64,000 bases of DNA from Chiloscyllium plagiosum (taxonomy: Eukaryota), in contig NC_057728.1 in assembly GCF_004010195.1 (NCBI RefSeq), positions 42,016,844 through 42,080,843 on the forward strand. Reading direction: 5' to 3'. Under the pieces are notes generated by a model. That model saw only the letters and a list, made by a program, of their open reading frames with translations, was not told the origin of the DNA and did not search any database. Below, one piece after another: positions 38,356-51,579 of this stretch. The position numbers and the translations under genes were made by a program. The first letter of the stretch is position 1. Every line of letters begins with the position of its first letter.

Positions 38356-41330
38356 GTATCTTTCCTATGGTAGGGCGACCAGAACAAGACACAATATTCC
38401 AAGTGTGGTCTCACTATAGACTTGTAGAGCTGTAGCAAAACCTCGCAGCTAATAAACTCCATTCCTCTGTTAATGAAAGCAAAAATGCTTTCTTAACAGC
38501 CTTATCCACTTGGCTGGCAACTTTGAGGAATCTATGCACTTGAACACCAAGATTCCTCTGTTTCTCCACACTGCTAAGAATCCTGTCTTTAATCCTATAT
38601 TGAGCATTGAAGTTCAACCTTCCCAAATGCATCACTTCGCATATATCCAGGTTGAACTCCATTTGTCATTTCTCAGCCCAGCTTTGCATCCTATCTATGT
38701 CATGCTGCAACAGCCCTCGATACTGTCAACGGTACGTCCAATCTTAGTCATTGACAAATTTACTAACCCACCTCTCAACCTCCTCATCCAAGTAATTTGT
38801 AAAAACTACAGAGCAGAGGCCCATGAACAGAGCTCTGTGGGACACCACTCACCACTGACCTCCAGGCAGAATACTTTCCATCTACAATCACTCTCTGCCT
38901 TCTGTCAGCCAACCAATTCTGAATCCAGACAGCTAAATCTCCCTGTATCCCATACCTCCTGACTTTATGAATGAGCCTACTGTGAGGAACCTTATCAAAT
39001 GCCTTGCTGAAGTCCATACTACAACCACTGCTCGACCTTTGTCGACCAGTCTCGTCACCTCCTCAAAGAACTCAATAAGATTTGTGAGGCATGACCTACC
39101 CCTCACAAAGCCATGCTGACTGCCTTTAATCCTGCTATGCTTTTCCAAATAGTCATAAATCCTATCCCTCAGAATTCTTTCCAAAACCTTGCTGACCACA
39201 GACGTAAGACTGACTGGTCTGTAATTACCAGGGATTTCCCTATTACCCTTCTTGAAAAGAGGAACAACATTCACCTCCTTCCAATCCTCCGGTATGACTA
39301 TTGTGGAGGGTCAGGATGCAAAGATCTTTGCCAGCGGCTTAGCAATCTCCTTCCTCACTTTCTGGAGCAACCGAAGATAAATCTTGTCTGGGCTGAAAAT
39401 GTGTTGCTGGAAAAGCGCAGCAGGTCAGGCAGCATCCAAGGAACAGGAGAATCGACGTTCCTGATGAAGGGCTTATGCCCGAACGTCGATTCTCCTGTTC
39501 CTTGGGTGCTGTCTGACTTGCTGCGCTTTTCCAGCAACACATTTTCAGCTCTGATCTCCAGCATCTGCAGTCCTCACTTTCTCCTTAAATCTCGTCTGGG
39601 CCTGGGAACTTATCAATCTTCATGTTTGCCAAAATTTCAGCACATCAACTTCATCAATCTTGATCCATTCAAGCCTATCTCCCAGCTCCTCAAATTCTCA
39701 TTCACAAGACAAAACCTTCCTCGGCAACCTTTGTTTCTGTAGCTGTGATGCATTTTCTAATTAGCAATGCTACACCCCCTCCTCTTTCTCCACCCTCCCT
39801 GTTCTTTTTAAATGTTCTAAACCCTGGAACATCTAGCAACCATTCCTGCCCCTGTGAAATCCATGTCTCCGTTATAGCCACAACATAGTCCCAAGTACTG
39901 ATCCATGCTCTCAGTTCACCACTCTTATTTCTAACACTCCTTGCTTTAAAGCAGACACACTTTAACCAATCCCTTTGTTTCATCACATGAAAAACCTCCC
40001 CGATAGACTCGCTACATCCTGTCACTGCCCCATCTACAACTAATTCCTCTCAGATATGTAGCTCTGGTTCCCACCTCCCTGTCAAATCCGCTTAAACCCT
40101 CCTGAACCACACGAGCAAATCTCCCGCCTAGGACATTTGTACCCCTCCAGTTCAGGTGCAACCCATCCTTCATGTACGGGTCCCATCTTCCCCAGAAGGC
40201 ATCCTAATGGTCTAAGTATCTGAAGCCCTCCCTCCTGCACCAGCCTCATAGCCACTTGTTTTTGTGCACTCGCTGCCTGTTCCTCACCTCACTATCTCAT
40301 GGCACCGATAGCAAACCTAAGGTCACTACTCTACTCGTCCTGCTCTTCAGCTTCCAACCTAGCACTCTGTAGTCACTTTCAGATCCTCAATCACTTTCCT
40401 GGCTATATCATTGGTGCCAATATGTACCACAATTTCTGGCTTCAGAATCCTGTAAACCCGATCAATGACATCCTGGCACCAGGGAGCAACATACCTTCCA
40501 GGACTCCCATTCCTGACTACAAAATCTCCTGTCAATACGTCTTACTATTGAGTCCCCTACCACTAGCACTTTTCTATTCTCCCCCTTCCCTTCTGAGCCA
40601 CAATGCCAGGCTCAGTGCCAGAGACCTGACAACTACAGCTTTCCCCAGTAGGCTGTCCCCACCAGCAGAATCCAAAACAGTATACTTATTGCTGAGGGGA
40701 ACGGCCACAGGGGATCCCTGCTCTGTCCGTCAGTTCCCTTTCCTCCCACGGCTGTAACCCAGCTGTTATTATCCTGTGTCTGAGGAGTGACCAGCTCCCT
40801 GTACATCCTCTCAATTTCCCCCTCAGCCTCCCGATGATCCACAGTTCATCCAGCTCCAGCTCCAGTTCTCTGGCTTGGTTTTCGAGGAGCTGGAGTTGGG
40901 TGCACTTCCTGCAGATGTGGTTGGTGGAGACATGTGTCATGTCTCTCATCTGCCACATTCTGCAGAAAGAACATGCGACTGCTCTAACATCCGTACCCTG
41001 CTAATCTGAGAGCCCACACAGTACTAAACAAGGAAGAAGAAAAAAAAGAGAACACCTGAAAAAGTACCGAGTTTACAGACTCAGTAAGATTACAGGAGGT
41101 GGATGTGATGGAGGCCCTACAGTGTTTGGTCTTAGGTTTAGATCTCATCCACTTGAAAACCTCCTGGCAGCACTCGCTTCTCTCTGCCATTTTTCCTCTC
41201 TGCTCTGTTCAAAACGGAGGCCCAATTCTCAAGGTTAGTCCCTTTTAAAGTGGGACAAACTCACCTACCCGGCAGCCCTCGCTTCTCTCAGCCCTATTCA
41301 AAATGGAGGCCCTACTCCCGACACTTTAGT
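38356..41330 (-). mobile_element. CR1 LINE 5' portion: 5' UTR, ORF1 (zinc-finger/coiled coil plus SGNH-esterase-like), EN start, deletion, RT
   Basis: HICRKC..LQLL...ELELEL; VVHIGTNDI; DGLHLN; AITETW...RGGGVALLI; PGNYRPVSLTS; DFSKAFDKVPH. Confidence 0.92.
39393..39585. mobile_element. PLE family A fold-back insertion within CR1 ORF2
   Basis: 68-bp inverted arms 39392-39459/39482-39549; 15/16 duplication at 39378-39393/39586-39601. Confidence 0.87.
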
Positions 41331-41334
41331 GAAG

Positions 41335-42890
41335 TGAAGAAACAGTTATCATCGTTTAATGTGTTCACACATTATGATCCCAAGTGAGATCAGCTGCTGA
41401 CATGCAATGCCTGTCCACATGGTGTCAGAGTACTGTTGGCTCACTGGTGGCCCAAGGGAGCGGAATGCCCAATAGCTTCCTGGTCTTTTGCTGATGCAGA
41501 GCGCATGTACACCCAAATAAAGGAGGGGGGTTTGGCAGTCATCTTTGGTGTGAGAAAGTTCCACCAATATCTTTCCAGATGTAAATTTGTAATAACAACA
41601 GACCACGAACCCAGGTTGGTGTTACTCAAGTAGGACAAGTCTATGCCACCTTTGGATTCAGGTCGAATTCAGCAATGGGCTCTCAATCTAACAATTACAA
41701 GTTCAAACACCATCCAGGAGGCCAAGTAGAAAATGCAGATGCCCTCAGCCACCTCCCACTGGCAGGTACACCACTGGTGGTGCAGCCACTGGGAGAGTTG
41801 CTCTGGTTTTAAACGTTCTAGATATCCTTCGGGTCACCACTGACAATATCCAACTATGGATGCAAAATTATTCAGCCCTGGAAAATCTAAAAAAGCTTGT
41901 GGTGATTGGAGAAACAAATGAGCCATCACAACCAGAATTGAAAATTTTTGGACCTGGCGAGACCAGAACACTGTAGAGGACAGCATTTTATTATGGGGAG
42001 CAAGAATGATTGTCCTGAGCATGGGTCATCTCCACACCCTGGCTGAACTCCACCAGGGTCATCCAGGGGTGTCCAAAATGAAGATGTTGATGAGAAGGTG
42101 ACCAGGATTGGATGCAGACAAAGCTGCATTGGTGAGGCAGTGCCCAGAGTGCCAACAAGTACAAAAAGTATCACCAGCAGCTCTCCACATTTGTGAGAGT
42201 GGCCAGGTAAACCCGGACTTGGTTACATGTTGACTATGCTGGCCCTTTCAATGGGCTCACTGTTCTTAGTCATTGTTGATGCCCACTCAAAGTGGTTGGA
42301 TATGCATAGAGTTCATTCGTCTAACACATAAATGACGAGAGAAAAACTGCATATCTTTTGCAATACATAGACTTCAGGAAGTGTTGGTCAACTACAATGG
42401 GCCTTTGTTTGCCAGCAGGGAATTCAAGCATTTCCTAAAATCAAATGGCAGTAGGCATAGAAGGACAGCTTATACCATCCATCATCCAATGGTCTGGCAG
42501 AAAGAGCAGTCCAAACTTTGAAGGCAGACTTAAAGAAAGAGCATATAGCTTCACTTGATACCTAATTTTCCCAGTTCCTATTTGATTAGAAGACCACCCC
42601 TCATACAACTACAGGGATAGCTCCAGCAGATTGTTAATGGGGACAAGGTGCCACACCAGGTTAAATCTGATTATCCTGATCCTGGGGGAGACAGTGAAAC
42701 GGTATCAGGAATGTCAATGCTGGACACAAGACTCCTCTAAGCAAGAGAGACAGTTTACTTCAGGGGACAAAAGTTTGGTGTTGAAACCAAGGAAATGGCC
42801 CTGCATGGGTAAGAGCCATGGTTGAAGCAAGGTCAGGTCCAGTGGCAAACCAATGCTTGGGTGGGTAAGGTGGTCCTGAACAAGTACATT
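41335..42890 (+). mobile_element. Gypsy LTR-retrotransposon pol remnant (RNase H plus integrase)
   Basis: AERMYTQI..GGLAVIFGVRKFHQYL...TDH; HQGHPGVSKMK; CPECQ; LHVDYAGP; VIVDAHSKW; YHPSSNGLAERAVQTLK. Confidence 0.9.
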
Positions 42891-43082
42891 GGAATGAACA
42901 AAGTGATATTTGTCTTAACTTTACATAAACTCTTTAAAAAATGAGACAATTAAATGGCACAGTTTTTGTGGAATATACATTCTACTGTATTTTTAAAAAA
43001 TACAAGTAACAGTAAATTTCTATCTAACTCAAAACATTTGAATTTTGATCTGATTATGTCATAAACATTAAAAAATGAATAG

Positions 43083-43650
43083 TGTGACAGCACTGTCTTT
43101 AAGAAGTGTATTTTATCTTTTTTTTAAATGAAGATAAGTTGAGACAGAGATGCTAAGCAGTATATTCAAAGTCAATAGAGTAAACAGATTGTCAGGCCTT
43201 GGGTGTTTTGTTTTACATTTGGAATAAAAGAAGCTGCCTGAATGCGTGGAATCAAGCTTCCACAAAGCCAGGATTTTTTGTTTTAGCTTCCTGCAATTAC
43301 TGGGGTCATAAAGCTGGGGTTGGAAGCTTTTATTCCTCTCTGTTACAACTAAAGGATGGGGTTCTCTTCTTGCTGCTAGAATTGCATGCAAGACAATCAG
43401 TTTGACTGAATTTGCCTTTGCCATGGGATGTTACAATATTGGAACAGTTAATTAGTAATTGTTCATATGTTATTTTGTTAAACATTTCAATATTTAAGCC
43501 AATTATTTTGTCTGCATTTTAACTGCAAGGTAAAAATAAAGCATGTTTTTCTAAAGTCAATAGTTTGACCAATCAAATCGCACCTGGAATTTACCTTACA
43601 CTTACCTTTAAAATATGAAAAAGTTAGGATCTAAACTATCATCTTAATGT
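43083..43650 (+). mobile_element. Possible LTR
   Basis: TG start, internal AATAAA, adjacent to the Gypsy RT remnant; no second copy seen. Confidence 0.35.
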
Positions 43651-43754
43651 AGGGGATTTTGTTACCTACACAAAAATATATTATTATAGACTCAATCTAT
43701 AAATGTTAGCTCAAATAAATTTCATGATAGACAATTATATTATGAGTTTTATTA

Positions 43755-44790
43755 GCTGGAAATCACCTATCACAATGGTGCCAAACTCAGATGGATCATA
43801 AAGATTCGTTATTGATTATCACAAAGTCAGCATAGTAACAAATGCTGACTCTTGTCCGATCCACATTCAGAAGGCTTCAATGAAAGACCTGGATGAGCAC
43901 ATTTTGTTGTTAAGACTGACTTGATAAAAAGATGTTGGCCAGTTCCATTGTCTAAGAGCTAAAGAAATATCCATTTTTGCACCACTGGATGGATTTTGTT
44001 AATGTAAATACAATGAAAAATGCACCAATAACTTTATAAAGATTAACCAAAAAAGTAATTGAAGGATCAATAAACTGCACTGACTATATCAACAACTTGA
44101 TTACATTTAGCTAAACCTGGGAGGTTCATTTACACCATTTAAATAAACATTTTGACCTGTTACAAAGAGCCAATTTGGTCATAAATCTGACTTAAAGTGA
44201 CTTCACCAAAGCAAAAGCGATTTAATGGGCCACACTGCGGGGTAAGTAGCAAATAGGGAAATAAAATTAAGATCTATTTTGGATCACTCCATGCCAAAGA
44301 TATCACAACAAATGGATTTTATTGGATGCATGTTCCAAATAACAGCATGTAGAGGCCTCTTTGAAAACTTTATTAAATAAAGTGCTTTGGTTTTAGCAGC
44401 AGTGAACTTCATGAAGCCAAAGTGGCTGCTGAGACTAGCAACATTTGTGTGGGTGCCATTTTTATTATGACAAAATAGGGATCAAAAGACCAAATACTTT
44501 AATCTCAAACTGAACGAGCTCATGAAGAAACACTAAATATTGTAAATTGTAGAGTCACCACAATGTACATGTACATATCCAACAGTTCTGATAAGATTGT
44601 TATTTGTATTAACCAGTCCCTTTTCACCTTATTTTGGAAAGATTCCGTGACAGGAATCAACAACATTTTGGATTTTAAATTTAGAACTGTACAAATTAAA
44701 AAAAAATATTCATGTGTCTGGCAAGGACAATGTTATAGCAGAGACTATGCCAAGAGCAATCATGAAGGAAACAATGTTACAACCAAAATG
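43755..44790 (+). mobile_element. Second, very old Gypsy RT/RNase H remnant
   Basis: W.SPI.MVP..DGS.RF.IDY.KV; MKNAP; YI(N)N in place of YxDD; TWEVHL.HL; many stops. Confidence 0.7.
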
Positions 44791-46059
44791 AACTAGCATA
44801 GAATATGATCATGAATGTGTACAGTACTATACTGTTAATGTAACTAAGTGACAAGAAATTTCGATTGAAAATCAAATGCCTCGAGGACCCTTTTCATTTA
44901 CTCTGGGCAGGAGGTGGTGAGGTGCGATTAAAGGTGTATGATACAACTGAAGATTTGGATTTTAAACAACACAGATGAATGTGGGTGTACTATGAAGGAT
45001 TTTTAAAAAAAAGTTACAAATTTGGAAGTGAGCCAATTACATCAATTCCAAGAAAGCATACAATTGGTGCCCTCTGTAATGTTAATGGACAAAACGCTTA
45101 TATTTCAGAGTTGAAAGGCTCTAGTTTTAGCTTCCAGTTTATTTCAGAAGAACTTGGAGTTCGGTTCTCCTTGCAGGAGATTCAAGCTTTCAGCTCAGGG
45201 GAACTAGGCACTTCAGTGCAAGTGTTAGTTTGCGGCACTTCTTAGCTTGGAGAATTGGGGAAAAAAAAAATTGTTAAAAATTGAAAGGAAGTAGGCTTTC
45301 AGAATTGCAAAAGAACTCATACCAGCAGACTCAAAATTTTAGAAAATCTTAAATCTGCAGTCCAAGGAGAAGACATTGGAAGAGATCAGTTAAGTAGAAG
45401 CTTAATAGTTGAGATAGGGAGTGAACTTTCTCTAGAATTGAGTATCAGTTAAAGAATCGTATTGAAACTTGGAGTGTATGTGAAAACTCGTGTCATTATA
45501 TTGAGTTTTTTTCTTGTGGGTCAACCTCTCATTCTGTTGTCCTCCTCTCTCAGTCCAAACCACACTGAAGTAACCAACTGCAAAAATTAAAGAAGATAGA
45601 TTTTATTCTGGGATCTGATTTATCCCAGATAAGATTATTACTGATGCAGTTTGTTTATCCAGAATAGCTGTCTCCATACCACGGGCTTGGAATGCAGAAG
45701 GTAGTAATGCAAAAGTACAGCCATCTTTGCCTCTGAGCTTAAGTTACTGGATGTAACTTTAAAGTTCAATTAAGAGTTTCTAGAGGAGATCTAAAAATTA
45801 TAGTTTCAAAATAGATTGGTAAATTAAGTGAGTATTCTTTGTTAGGAGACTATAAACTGGAAGATTGGGTATGCATATCAACCTTGTAGTGCAGCTGGAT
45901 TCTGATTACAGAATAATTATTACTCTGTTCAAGGCAGGATGATTTATGTCAGTTTGAAAAGGTACACATCCTAACAAGGTAATAGACATCATACCCCAAC
46001 AATCCCTAATTTTTTTCAATGAAAAGAGGCCCATTTGTTGCCCATCCCACTTTGACTTT

Positions 46060-46325
46060 AAACTAAATGGAGTCAACCACATTTCTGTGGAACAAGAGTC
46101 ACATGTAGATCAGACCAGATAAGAGCAACATATTTCCATCTCGAAAGTCATTTGTGAACTAAATGGGTTATGACAATCTACAGAAGCTTTATGGCAATGA
46201 CTGCGATTAGCTTTTAATTCCAATTAAAATTAATTTTCACCTGCAGCAAGATAGGACTCCATGTTCCCAGAACATTAGTCTGGGCCCTTGCATTATTAGC
46301 GCATTAATATTACCACTATAGCAGT
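46060..46325 (-). mobile_element. Old SINE or LINE-head remnant
   Basis: Minus strand ggtaatattaatgcgctaataatgcaagggcccagactaatgttctggg resembles a tRNA-like head; degenerate. Confidence 0.4.
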
Positions 46326-46869
46326 CTCCACACACTCCCTCCCCACATTCACCCCAACCCACAAACATAATGTTTGATTAAAACCAACAAATATGGGGGG
46401 GCTTGCTCTGGTTATTGGAACAATTATTTGAAATCCAAATGCTTATCCAGAAGGCATTCTGAAAAATTCCCTAAACATTTGGATGAGATGCTTGGACAAT
46501 GGAGGAGTATGGTAGAGGGACATTTACTTTGCATCAGGTTCATGCTTTAACAGATTCATACTTTAAATTCAGCTTTGTTTTTAAGAAAAATTTCCTAATT
46601 GTCCTGTGTTGAAATTTCAAAGAAAAATATTTTAAAAATGGAACAGAGATAGATAGATAAACTATATTTTAAATTGAGCATTCAACCATTGCTCAAGGGT
46701 AGTATTCTTGCTTGAATCATAGTGTGGGTTCAATACTTACTCCAAAGACTTGACAAATACAAAGCCAGAGGGAGCGCTATGTGGATACTGTCTCTTCAGT
46801 GAGATGTTTGGAACACTGCTCAATTGTAACACAATCTTCGAATCAGTATTTGAGTTCAAACTCTGCTGC

Positions 46870-47590
46870 AGACTCAAGCACATTTTTCATTTATGTGATA
46901 TTGACATATCCAGTTAGATCACCATTTATTCTGCATTCTTTCTTGATAGTGGTTAGCAGCCTTCTCGAATACCGCAGATGCACCAATAGTGCTATTATGA
47001 AGGGGGCTCCAGGATTTTGATCCCATGATACAGAAGTAATGACGATATAGAGCCAAAATTTGTGGTCTGTATGGAAACTTGCAAGTGGTGGTGCTCTTAT
47101 CTTTCCAGGTGTTAGAGATCAGGGGTTTAGAGATACTGGAGAAGAAGCCTTGCTAAGTTGCTGTGTTGCATCTTGCAGATGGTACACTGCTGCCAGTGGT
47201 GGACAGAACGTTGAAGGCACTATTTGGCATACCAATCAAGTAGGTTGCTTTATCCTGTATGGTGCTGATCTTAGTGTAGTTGGAGTTACATTCGCCCAGA
47301 CAAATGCAATTATCCCACCACTCCCGACTTATGCCTTGTAGGTGGCAGACAGATTTTGGACAGTCAAGTGATGAGATATCAGAAGTCCCAGCCTCTGACC
47401 TGCTGCTATCACCATGGTATTTATGGTAAATATTAATCTCCTGCATGTTGATGCGAATGAACAAAGATGGTTAGATTCTGTTATTGGAATCTCGTCACTT
47501 AGTAGCCCAAGCCAAAATGATCACCAGGTTTTGCTGCACAATGGCATAGACTGCTTTGGGATCTGGGTTGTTATGCAAATGCTGCTTCAC
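46870..47590 (-). mobile_element. Degenerate LINE 3' region
   Basis: Minus-strand YKA.V...(W)...(A)W and IQDKA..LIG segments. Confidence 0.6.
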
Positions 47591-47879
47591 AATTATCTAG
47601 ACTAACACTTCACAATCCCAACAGAGTTGTTGTCAGAGAAAGGCTTTTCGATATGATGTTAAAGCAATGTATTAATTGTAAAACTCTTTTGGGACTTGAT
47701 ATGCATCTCAGATGGAATGTTTTCTTACCTAAAGGGAGATTAAAAGCAAGTTGTTCAGTAATTACCGGATAATGATTTGGAAATGTTTCACTTTACAGGC
47801 GCTTGAGGCAAAATAATAAACCTTCCCAACTGTAGGAGCTTCAATAAAGATAATGAACAATAGACAAATACCAGCATTT

Positions 47880-49403
47880 TAAAAACCCCTAGTAAACCTT
47901 TAATTAGAGTGTTTTTACAAGACAAATGACAAATTACATTAAACATCTGAACTTTTTGAACATCTGGATATTATACACCTTCCCATCTGTCTTGCAGGTA
48001 GGATATTGTCAAGTTTAACAGTTATAAGCAAAATAAGCTGCATAATGGTACATATTACAATATATAAATGTACAATGTTTACATAAAATGAAATACATCA
48101 TAGAAGCTGGAAAATTCAAAGATGCATCTGCATCAAATAGTGCCCCATCTTAAAAAAATGCCAAATCCACTTGCACAGTTTTACAACAGAACAAATCAGG
48201 TGCATGATGTGTTGGCTCAAAAACATGAATAATATTAACACCATCACACGATGCACATGTGGTACAGCAAGATGTCTTGTTTTACTTTTAGTACAACTTC
48301 TTAACCAAAGTGCAACAAAGTTGTACAGAACAAACTGGCTACTTCTCTACGTTGAACTTGTTAAAACTTGGAATGAAGTTACAGTGCCTGCATCAAGCAC
48401 ACAAAGGTAAGGCACAGTAAGGCTCTGCTGCAGGCAGTGTGCATCATGTTTACTCAGTAAATTGTGCATTTTGTGCAATTCCATGTTGAAATGCTCTTGC
48501 CTGCAGATTATGACCCAAATTTGGAATAAATAATGAAACCAAGATTAAATGAACATAAATCTATACTCATTCTACCAATAATTCCATTATTCAGATTGCT
48601 TGCATTTACTTAATGTAATATAGACGAAGTTGTTAATCAAACTAAGCCAGTTTTGTTGGTATTATTTGAGTAAACTGCACATTTGTCATTCTGCAAACTA
48701 TGACATTCTACATAACACTGCTGGGTCTTCCTTCCGCATGATATTGCTAGTATTAATCCATATTTAATCCAGACATGTTTATTGCACAAAATAAATCAGA
48801 TCTCATTAAGCAGACAGCTACACTATGAAGTTGCCCTTCTTCATTTCAAATTTCTGTTGACAGCTTTCAACAGCTCTGTTGTAATGTGCCCTACATGTTG
48901 TGTACTTGCTCCATGTTATTTGCAATTGTCAGATGATCATTTTGCACCAAATTTACACTCGCAAATTTATATTCAAGCACTGCAATTCCAAATATGCAAA
49001 AAGATTTTGAGTAGTCACATCTGACCGACTAATATCTTCTCCTTTAGCTCAGTCAAATACTGATTGAACCGTAGTGTACATGATTAATCCCCAAGACACC
49101 CAAGTTTTCACAATTTCAGTAAACAAAACGGTTCATGCCCAGTACACAGTCTAAGAATTATAACTGCTGCATGAAAGTCATATCTTGTTTTACTTCTATG
49201 CCACTACTTGTTAATCCCAATACACTGAAATGTTACAGATAGCGCCTTTGGAAATTTTCTCCAGCTTTCTGGCATCTTAACACAAAAGATGCACTCCTTA
49301 TAATACAAAAAGTGTACATATAAAAGCAATAAAAAGGAAGACAGAGCATTCAAGCAGGACTTCTCGCTGCAGTGTAACAGTACTGGCAGGGATAGGAGAG
49401 GTC
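47880..49403 (-). other. LEMD3: Probable LEMD3 3' UTR
   Basis: AT-rich stretch without recognisable repeats following the stop codon; the end is inferred from the candidate polyA signal. Confidence 0.6.
47899..47904 (-). terminator. Candidate polyadenylation signal ATTAAA for LEMD3
   Basis: Minus strand reads ctctaATTAAAggtttac, followed by a downstream U/GU-rich tract (ggtatttgtctattgttcatt). Confidence 0.5.
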
Positions 49404-49567
49404 TCATGAGGCTCCTTGAGAGTTAGCTGTGTTGGTCAGAAGACGCAGATGTGACATTGAATTCATGTACCTATTTGATGGCTTTAACGGAGTGTTGCAA
49501 TGGACAGCCTGAGGAAAGCGATAATGATAACGATCTAATCTCAGATATTTTACAGTCACTAGTTTTC
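49404..49567 (-). CDS. LEMD3: LEMD3 last coding exon, [54 protein letters not shown]
   Basis: Acceptor tttatttttag|; 164 bp to TGA at 49406-49404; matches the MAN1 C-terminus. Confidence 0.97.
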
Positions 49568-50236
49568 CTAAAAATAAACAAAAACAGGTTACTTAAGATT
49601 TCAGTAAACACCATTAAGGAAAAAATATCCATTACAATGCTTAGCCTATTACAATTTTGTACATAATACAATTAGTTTGTGGTAGTCAATTGCAACTATG
49701 CTACTTTGGCCAATTTTAGAAACTACAAGTACACATGCGCAACTGTTTGCTTAATAAGTGATCATAATTTCCATTCATATGCTGCAACCGAAGGTAAAAG
49801 GAACAGTTTCAAAAAAAAAAGATTAAGGGTAATATTTGTTCCACCAATGCCCTCAGATTTTGATAACAGTTTATTGTTATGGGAAAATCCTGGCCTTTAC
49901 ATGAAACTTTGGCATTACTACATGGTTAAAATGGCACTAAAAGTTCATGTGTTCAGGACCAGTGTCCTGGATTCTAATAATACAACATGCACATAATATC
50001 ACACCACACCCCCGCTGCCTCAAATACAATTCTAGCTGTTTGCAGAAATGTAACAGCAATAAAAAGTTGTACAGACAGGTTTACTTTGTCTGTAAATTTG
50101 CATTCTGTTTAAAAACTTTCACTCCTGTAATTTTAATAAGATGCTGAATAGAAAGATTTTTTCTGACACTTCTAATTTAACAAATTATTCTGCAGTTTAA
50201 CAATTGAAAATGTGAAACTTAAGCAATTTTAAAGCA

Positions 50237-50905
50237 CAGAGTCAGAGATGTACAGCATGGTCCAACCCGTCCATGCCGACCAGATATCCCAACCCAATCT
50301 CGCTCCACCTGCCAGCATCCGGTTCATATCCCTCCAAACCCTTCCTATTCGGATAACCATCCAAATGCCTCTTAAATGTTGTAATTGTACCAGCCTCCAC
50401 CACTTCCTCTGGCAGCTCATTCCATATATGCACCACCCTCTGCGAGAAAAAAAGTTACCCCTTAGGTCTCTTTTATATCTTTCCCCTCTCACCCTAAACC
50501 TATGCCCTCTAGTTCTGGACTCCCCGATTCCAGGAAAAAGACTTTGTCTATTTATCCTATTCATGCCCATCGTGATTTTATAAGTGTCCATAAGGTCACC
50601 CCTCAACCTCCGATGCTGCAGGGAAAACAGTCGGGAAAACAGCCCCAGCCTATTCAGCCTCTCCCTGTAGCTCAAATCCTTCAACCCTGGCAACATCCTT
50701 GTAAATTGTTCCTGAACCCTTTCGTGTTTCATAAAATCTTTGATAGGATGGAGACCAGAATTGCAAGCAATATTCCAAAAGCGGCCTAACCAATGTCCTG
50801 TACAGCCGCAACATGACCTCCCAACTCCTGTACTCAATACTCTGACCAGTAAAGGAAAGCATACCAAACGTCCTCTTCACTATCCTATCTACCTGCGACT
50901 CTACT
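50237..50905 (-). mobile_element. HER1 LINE 3' end in the last LEMD3 intron
   Basis: ORFs 50229..50867 and 50650..50880; HER1 tail. Confidence 0.92.
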
Positions 50906-51432
50906 TTCTCCTTCTTTGTTTTCCAAGACCTCCAGCACTTCCTCTTCTATAACGTGACCTGAATTGATGACATCAGTTTGAAGTTCAGGTCTTACAGTAA
51001 GAAGGCGAGGACAGGGCTTGTGGGCTGGGGCAGGGCAGGGCCCACTGATATTATCAAAGTGGCAACATACAATTTCAGTGGCACTGCAGCAAGTGGGTGA
51101 TATCTCAACTCAAGGTTCAATAGAACTAAGATCATAGAGACACACAACATAGCAATAGGCCCTTCAGCACACCATGTCTGTGCTGACCAAGCTACACTAA
51201 TCCCATTGACCTGCACTTGGTCCACAGCCGACTGCGCCCCGGCATTTTAATTGCTTGGGTCCAGAAGCTGCTTAAATGTTGAGAGTGTACTTGCCTTGAC
51301 CACCCTCAGGCAGCACCTTCCATTCTTCTGCCATCCTCTATCTGATCCACATCAAGCAGCTGCAATTTTGCCTCCCCTGTCACCTCACCCCACCCCATCC
51401 CACAGTGAGGTGCCCCACCTGCCCTGTTCTCA

Positions 51433-51579
<147 letters not shown>

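Noticed and set aside
241..39585. Apparent preference of PLE units for inserting into other retroelements
   Set aside because: Most of the region is already TE-derived, so nesting is expected by chance.
39113..39742. 209-aa ORF on the + strand
   Set aside because: Antisense of CR1 ORF2 running through the PLE hairpin; not a gene.
1..47800. MSRB3 coding exons, expected from human WIF1-LEMD3-MSRB3 synteny
   Set aside because: No MsrB-like peptide (for example LTPLQY, GWPSF, RYCINS) was recognised on the minus strand. A small or non-coding exon could have been missed.
50992..51225. 77-aa minus-strand ORF in the last LEMD3 intron as an alternative terminal exon
   Set aside because: Starts in a CR1 tail, with no convincing acceptor or homology.
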